40,378 bases of DNA from Deltaproteobacteria bacterium (GTDB taxonomy: Bacteria; Myxococcota_A; UBA9160; SMWR01): the NCBI GenBank assembly GCA_032128375.1, contig JAQBGU010000126.1, forward strand, positions 1-40,378. Reading direction: 5' to 3'. Positions 37,201 through 40,378 of this stretch are shown piece by piece. The notes beneath the pieces are model-generated. The model did not search any database and had not been told where the DNA came from. It worked only from the letters and a program-made list of their open reading frames with translations. Positions within the stretch are counted from its first letter, which is position 1. The number at the start of each line of letters is the position of its first letter. Both the position numbers and the translations under genes were made by a program.

Positions 37201-38938
37201 CAGACGAACGGAGACCGCTGGCCAGAATGCCATCCACTGCGCTCAGTATCCTGGCGCGCTCGCTCTTTGGCCGTTTTTCCGCCTCGACCGACACCCTCAG
37301 ACGGCTCAGTGTGGGGCTGATCCATTTTTCGAGGGCACCGGGGTCGCGTAGTGAGAGGAGCGTGAGGAGGTTGCTATTGAGACCGTCGGTATCGGGCAGC
37401 CGTTCGAATTCCGGCTTGTCGTCGTGCAACAAGCGATTGGTCCGTTTCAGCATGCTCACAACGCTGTGAACGGGACCCAGCCCGTCGATTGCGCTGAGCG
37501 ACATCTCGAGTTGCTCGACCTCGTGCAACAAGCCTGCGTCGTTCGCGAGTGTGCCGACCGGCAAGGCGAGTTCGATCTCGAGAGTATCAGGCTTCTGCAG
37601 GTGGGATTCGACGAAGCGGTATCCCTTGACTATCTCGCTCTGTTCTCCGAGTAGCTTGTATTCGTCAACATCGACATCCAAACGGAAGACACCCAACACA
37701 CAGACCAATCCCAGAGCAATCGCCCCAATCAAGATTGGCACCGCCCGTCGGCGGGTGGCGGCGACCAAGGACGCCAATCCCATTTCCCAGCGTTCCGAAC
37801 TCTGGGCGGCTCGTGGACGCTCGGCAGGCAACAGGATCATCAGGATGGGTAGGACGGTAAAACTCAGGAGCAGGGCTACGACCATTCCGAATGCCGCAAC
37901 CGTGCCGAACCGTACGAAGCTCTCGAGACTTGACGTAGTAAACGAGATGAATCCAACAGCCGTCGTCAGCGAAGTAACGAGACACGCCGGTCCCACTCTC
38001 CGGGCTGCGAGCAAGAAGGCTTCCGGTCGGACGGAGACCCCCCTGACTCGATGTTTTGCGTACTCGGCCAAGATGTGGACCGAGTCGCTGAGCGCAATGA
38101 CCAGAATCAGCGGGGGAAGTGTCTCGGTAAGAGCATTGGTCGGCCACCCAAGAGCCGCCTGAAAGCCCATGGTCGAGCCTGTCGATAGCCCGACGGTTGC
38201 GAGAGAGGCGGCCACCATTTGCCAGGATCGGAACAGCACGAACACAACGACGGCGATCAGCGCGATCATCAATGGAATGAGCCGCTGAGAGTCGGCTGCT
38301 AGTTCCGCATCGGTCTGCGCGAGCTGCGCGGGTTGACCAACGATGTAGAATTGGAATCCCAACGCGCGAAACGGCTCCAGTGCGCCTTCGAGCGCCGACA
38401 GTACGCCCGTCGCCGTATCACTGTGTGACGAAGACAATTCGAGGACGATCGCGCCCACAAGGCCGTCCGGGGAAACAAGAAGGCCCCGCCACAGGGGATC
38501 GGCGACAGCGCGGGCCGCCAGAGCCGCGATGTCGGACGCCGGTTGTTTACCATCGTAGAGCGTGCGTCCACCGAAGGAATCCCCTTCGGACACCCATAAT
38601 TGTGTCGTCGCGGGACTCTCGATCCGGATGATGTCGGAACGACTGCTGAGATCGCGCACCACCGAGTGCGCCATTGCTAGAGACGAGGAATCGAAGACCG
38701 TCTCACATGCAGCGCTCTGTTCACAGCTCCACGTGGCAATGATTGGCAGGCCACCACCGAAATCATCGATGAACTGATCCAAACGAATGACCGTGGGGTG
38801 CTCATTGCCGAGATACGCCCGATAACCCGTTTCGGCTCGCAGTGTCGGAATTCGCGAAGCAAGAAGAGCCACTCCCAACACGAGCACCAGCAGGACGACC
38901 ATGGGGTGAGCGAGTGCGATTCGGGTGAGTCGATCCAA
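34268..38938 (-). CDS. MMPL/RND exporter fused to a PDZ-like, multi-TM, GAF-like histidine kinase
   Basis: Single open frame. Two RND repeats with IALSDSVH and GLAVDDAIH; linker; LRPLDQVLGV...VRLSVERDG; TM bundle ending YATTRYELFD; GAF-like MGIILIG...FSSEEIEF; AHDLGTPL, NLVENA, DSGVGM, FYTT and GRGIGL. TTG start 8 nt after GGAG. Confidence 0.9.
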   Translation of the reverse strand: MDRLTRIALAHPMVVLLVLVLGVALLASRIPTLRAETGYRAYLGNEHPTVIRLDQFIDDFGGGLPIIATWSCEQSAACETVFDSSSLAMAHSVVRDLSSRSDIIRIESPATTQLWVSEGDSFGGRTLYDGKQPASDIAALAARAVADPLWRGLLVSPDGLVGAIVLELSSSHSDTATGVLSALEGALEPFRALGFQFYIVGQPAQLAQTDAELAADSQRLIPLMIALIAVVVFVLFRSWQMVAASLATVGLSTGSTMGFQAALGWPTNALTETLPPLILVIALSDSVHILAEYAKHRVRGVSVRPEAFLLAARRVGPACLVTSLTTAVGFISFTTSSLESFVRFGTVAAFGMVVALLLSFTVLPILMILLPAERPRAAQSSERWEMGLASLVAATRRRAVPILIGAIALGLVCVLGVFRLDVDVDEYKLLGEQSEIVKGYRFVESHLQKPDTLEIELALPVGTLANDAGLLHEVEQLEMSLSAIDGLGPVHSVVSMLKRTNRLLHDDKPEFERLPDTDGLNSNLLTLLSLRDPGALEKWISPTLSRLRVSVEAEKRPKSERARILSAVDGILASGLRSSVAVTLTGPYAVYRDMVTEIQQTQLSSFATAAVVILGILVLFIRWIGLSVGASFGWALVGMFPTLLPVVVTLGVMGFAGINLDVGTAMVAAIVLGLAVDDAIHLIAEFHRRRRDGSEGAEAIEGAVRHVGRAIVTTSVALTLGFFMLLFSSWQSIASFGFLAGVAIFGALVADLWVLPAIIFVVTGSSQGKAPDGPPGVEEHTSESRRRVQLVALVLPLLTAFVLAAAPWLSPNDPETRLACRVMPNGVIPLIVGSSHDCPLRPLDQVLGVEADGRLVSFSRDRPYSQAIESSQGRVRLSVERDGVRRSIDVPTSAAAPGSRLLGILLAGCIVSVVLAFGIRVYSSATARASTPLLLLFSVTGVQLIAILCHFESPFLAWIGVATAPLIPATLGHLALTFPRRGSVTREAPGVVLVPYGFAVLLAFAGVRGLRGEPSLWTLVVQFQLAFTWCGALVLWINAVRAANETRSALERTRARLLLVGSAGVPLIFGAIHFGWGESLAGGSMVPLLSGLGLFAVPFGYATTRYELFDLAANARSILDGVVRVGVAGAITATAITTFHAMVGIGGVSLWVLSGALGFAISESIHRRLSPVVTDTLAPGARKRRELLRVQEVRKADLSSEVVSATLVGQTLEAGLESTGVAVFLIRDGDCCPAYAGLASPAFRLQYASFAIELLGDRKFLHLARGDAPDSPDAVALRNAEVELLISIDDGDEPMGIILIGSPDSGRAFSSEEIEFACKAAVHTASAVRNARAAEQQASAAERSALGRLVTGIAHDLGTPLRVIERRAERIIATSSKPEQMRAEAAKIEAVSQHVLEIVYGMVDELAHHPAPGIGIPVTEVIGRVVDAVDPGGGRVLVSAAPELPRMQHSDKLARILTNLVENALAASDVEDSVWVYATELSGELSFEVRDSGVGMTLDETTRVFDLFYTTRSRSGGRGIGLSISREIAEGMGWKICVTSTPGEGSSFVLHVPLTQ

Positions 38939-38943
38939 CCGGT

Positions 38944-40209
38944 CTACTCCGACCGCTCGCCTTCGCGCCGAACGGGAACGAGCTTGTGACGACGAAAGCG
39001 ATACTTCGCTGCGTTTCGAGTAATTCCCAGATGATCTGCAACGCCGGTGTATGTTCCGTGCTTCTCCCAAAGTTCCAAGAGCTGTTCGCGTTCACCTTTC
39101 TCTCTGCGGCGCGAAATGCGCTCGAGTGGTGTCTCGATTTTAGATAGAACCGATTCCGCGCAGTCGGCGGTGATTTCACCACTGGGTGTGTATACGAGCA
39201 TCGCTTCCACGACTCGCTCCATCTCATCGAGATTCTGCTCCCAAGAGTGATTCCTGAGTTTCTCGAGAGCGGGTTCTCCGATAGAGACATCGCGCCGACC
39301 GAGCTTCGAGCCGTACCGCTCGATCATGGACTCGATGATTGCGGGAATGTCCTCTTCACGTTCCGATATGGGTGGCAGGCTGACTTCGAACTGGGCCAGG
39401 GTTTCAAAGAGTGCGGAATCGAAGTCGCCACTCTCGACCAATTGCTGCAAATCGCGTTCGGTGGACGCTACGACTCGGTAACCAGCATCGCCGAGCTGGA
39501 TCGATCTCGAGAGCCGATCACGCCAGCGGGATTGAAGAGTCCCGGATAACTGATCGACATCGGCGAGGAACACCAGGCCCGTTTCGGGGTCTCGATCGGC
39601 GCCCGGCCGCAATCGACAATCGTTCACGTGGAAGTCGGAATCGCCCTGATGGCCAAAGCGATGAAGATATCGTGCCACCTGTTCGTGGCCGGTGCCGACC
39701 GCGCCGCGAATCAGCACCGGGCTCCTGATTTCCGCAAGAGAATTCAGCTGACGAAGTAGGGTCAATGTCGCCGAACTGTGTCCCGCGAGAGCCTCTGGAA
39801 TTCGGTCCACAAGTCCTGACAAAAGTTCCTTCGCCCTGGAGACGAGCCCCGCTACGCCTTCGTCATTGAACGGAAAGAAGTCCGTGGCTCCACTCTTGCC
39901 GGCTGCAACGGCAATCGAGAGCGACCCATACGCCGAAAGAAGAAGAACAGGGCATGCCGCATTGACCGAACCCGAAGACCTGATCCGCTTCAGGAGCGCA
40001 AGACCATCGACCCGCGGCATTCGAAGATCGGTGATCACCAGATCGATCGGCTGACGCTGAAACTGCATCCATCCCGACTCACCATCAACAGCGGTCACGG
40101 TCCGAATCCCGGCGTCTTCGAGTTCCGCGCAAACCAGATCGCGAGAAAACTCACGATCATCGACCAATAGAACTGTGCTCTGGGCGGCGCGCTCGGGCCT
40201 GGAGTACAT
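38944..40209 (-). CDS. NtrC-like response regulator (REC, degenerate AAA+, Fis-type HTH)
   Basis: VLLVDD, ITDLRMPRVDG and LLSAYG; PVLIRGAVGTGHE; RVVASTERDL; VADHLGITRNAAKYRF. Confidence 0.88.
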   Translation of the reverse strand: MYSRPERAAQSTVLLVDDREFSRDLVCAELEDAGIRTVTAVDGESGWMQFQRQPIDLVITDLRMPRVDGLALLKRIRSSGSVNAACPVLLLSAYGSLSIAVAAGKSGATDFFPFNDEGVAGLVSRAKELLSGLVDRIPEALAGHSSATLTLLRQLNSLAEIRSPVLIRGAVGTGHEQVARYLHRFGHQGDSDFHVNDCRLRPGADRDPETGLVFLADVDQLSGTLQSRWRDRLSRSIQLGDAGYRVVASTERDLQQLVESGDFDSALFETLAQFEVSLPPISEREEDIPAIIESMIERYGSKLGRRDVSIGEPALEKLRNHSWEQNLDEMERVVEAMLVYTPSGEITADCAESVLSKIETPLERISRRREKGEREQLLELWEKHGTYTGVADHLGITRNAAKYRFRRHKLVPVRREGERSE

Positions 40210-40228
40210 GAGTGTCCCGTAGTTGCGT

Positions 40229-40268
40229 CTCCTGAGAAAACGCGTCCTCGGGCGCGATTTCTCAGGAG
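40229..40268. promoter_or_regulatory. Long inverted repeat upstream of the regulator-transporter-kinase operon
   Basis: CTCCTGAGAAA (40229-40239) / TTTCTCAGGAG (40258-40268), with inner CGCG/CGCG also pairing; 19 bp upstream of the ATG at 40209. Confidence 0.6.
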
Positions 40269-40378
40269 CAATGTCTCCGCCCGAAGGGCGGTGCAACGCT
40301 AACAACGATACCCTTTGGCCACAGAACAAGTACACGAAAATCGAAGCGCAGCGGTTCGAAACGCCAAGCATTGGAGCG

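Noticed and set aside
38939..39070. ORF-track start of the 1600-aa protein at 39070
   Set aside because: It overlaps the regulator's HTH coding region and is low-complexity; the TTG at 38938 with an RBS fits better.

Overview
GC-rich bacterial window, mostly accessory and catabolic genes. It holds an intact-looking IS1634-family element at the left end, an HxlR-SCP2 regulator with a FadE24/FadE23-like acyl-CoA dehydrogenase pair, and an SDR-amidohydrolase-arylsulfatase-PLP dehydratase cluster. It also has flavin monooxygenases, an ArsR-SRPBCC-DUF899 operon, a GH3 glycosidase, an ECF sigma factor and several small enzymes. Three things stand out. (1) At the right end is a three-gene operon (33390-40209, minus). 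Its central ~1556-aa ORF fuses a complete MMPL/RND exporter in frame to a complete PDZ-like/multi-TM/GAF/HisKA/HATPase sensor kinase. It is flanked by a LolA-like carrier and an NtrC-like regulator whose ATPase motifs are degenerate, making it a candidate transporter-coupled lipid-sensing system. (2) A membrane-anchored AhpC/TSA-like selenoprotein (30391-31137) is split by the ORF caller at an in-frame UGA in a W-U-P-Y-C motif, with a SECIS-like hairpin. (3) A decayed group II intron 3' end (maturase tail, domains V and VI) is joined to a frameshifted strictosidine-synthase-like exon (33000-33375). Truncated genes, tandem repeats, operator-like palindromes and a dispersed ~55-bp intergenic repeat are also present. 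All family assignments come from motif recognition by eye; no searches were run.
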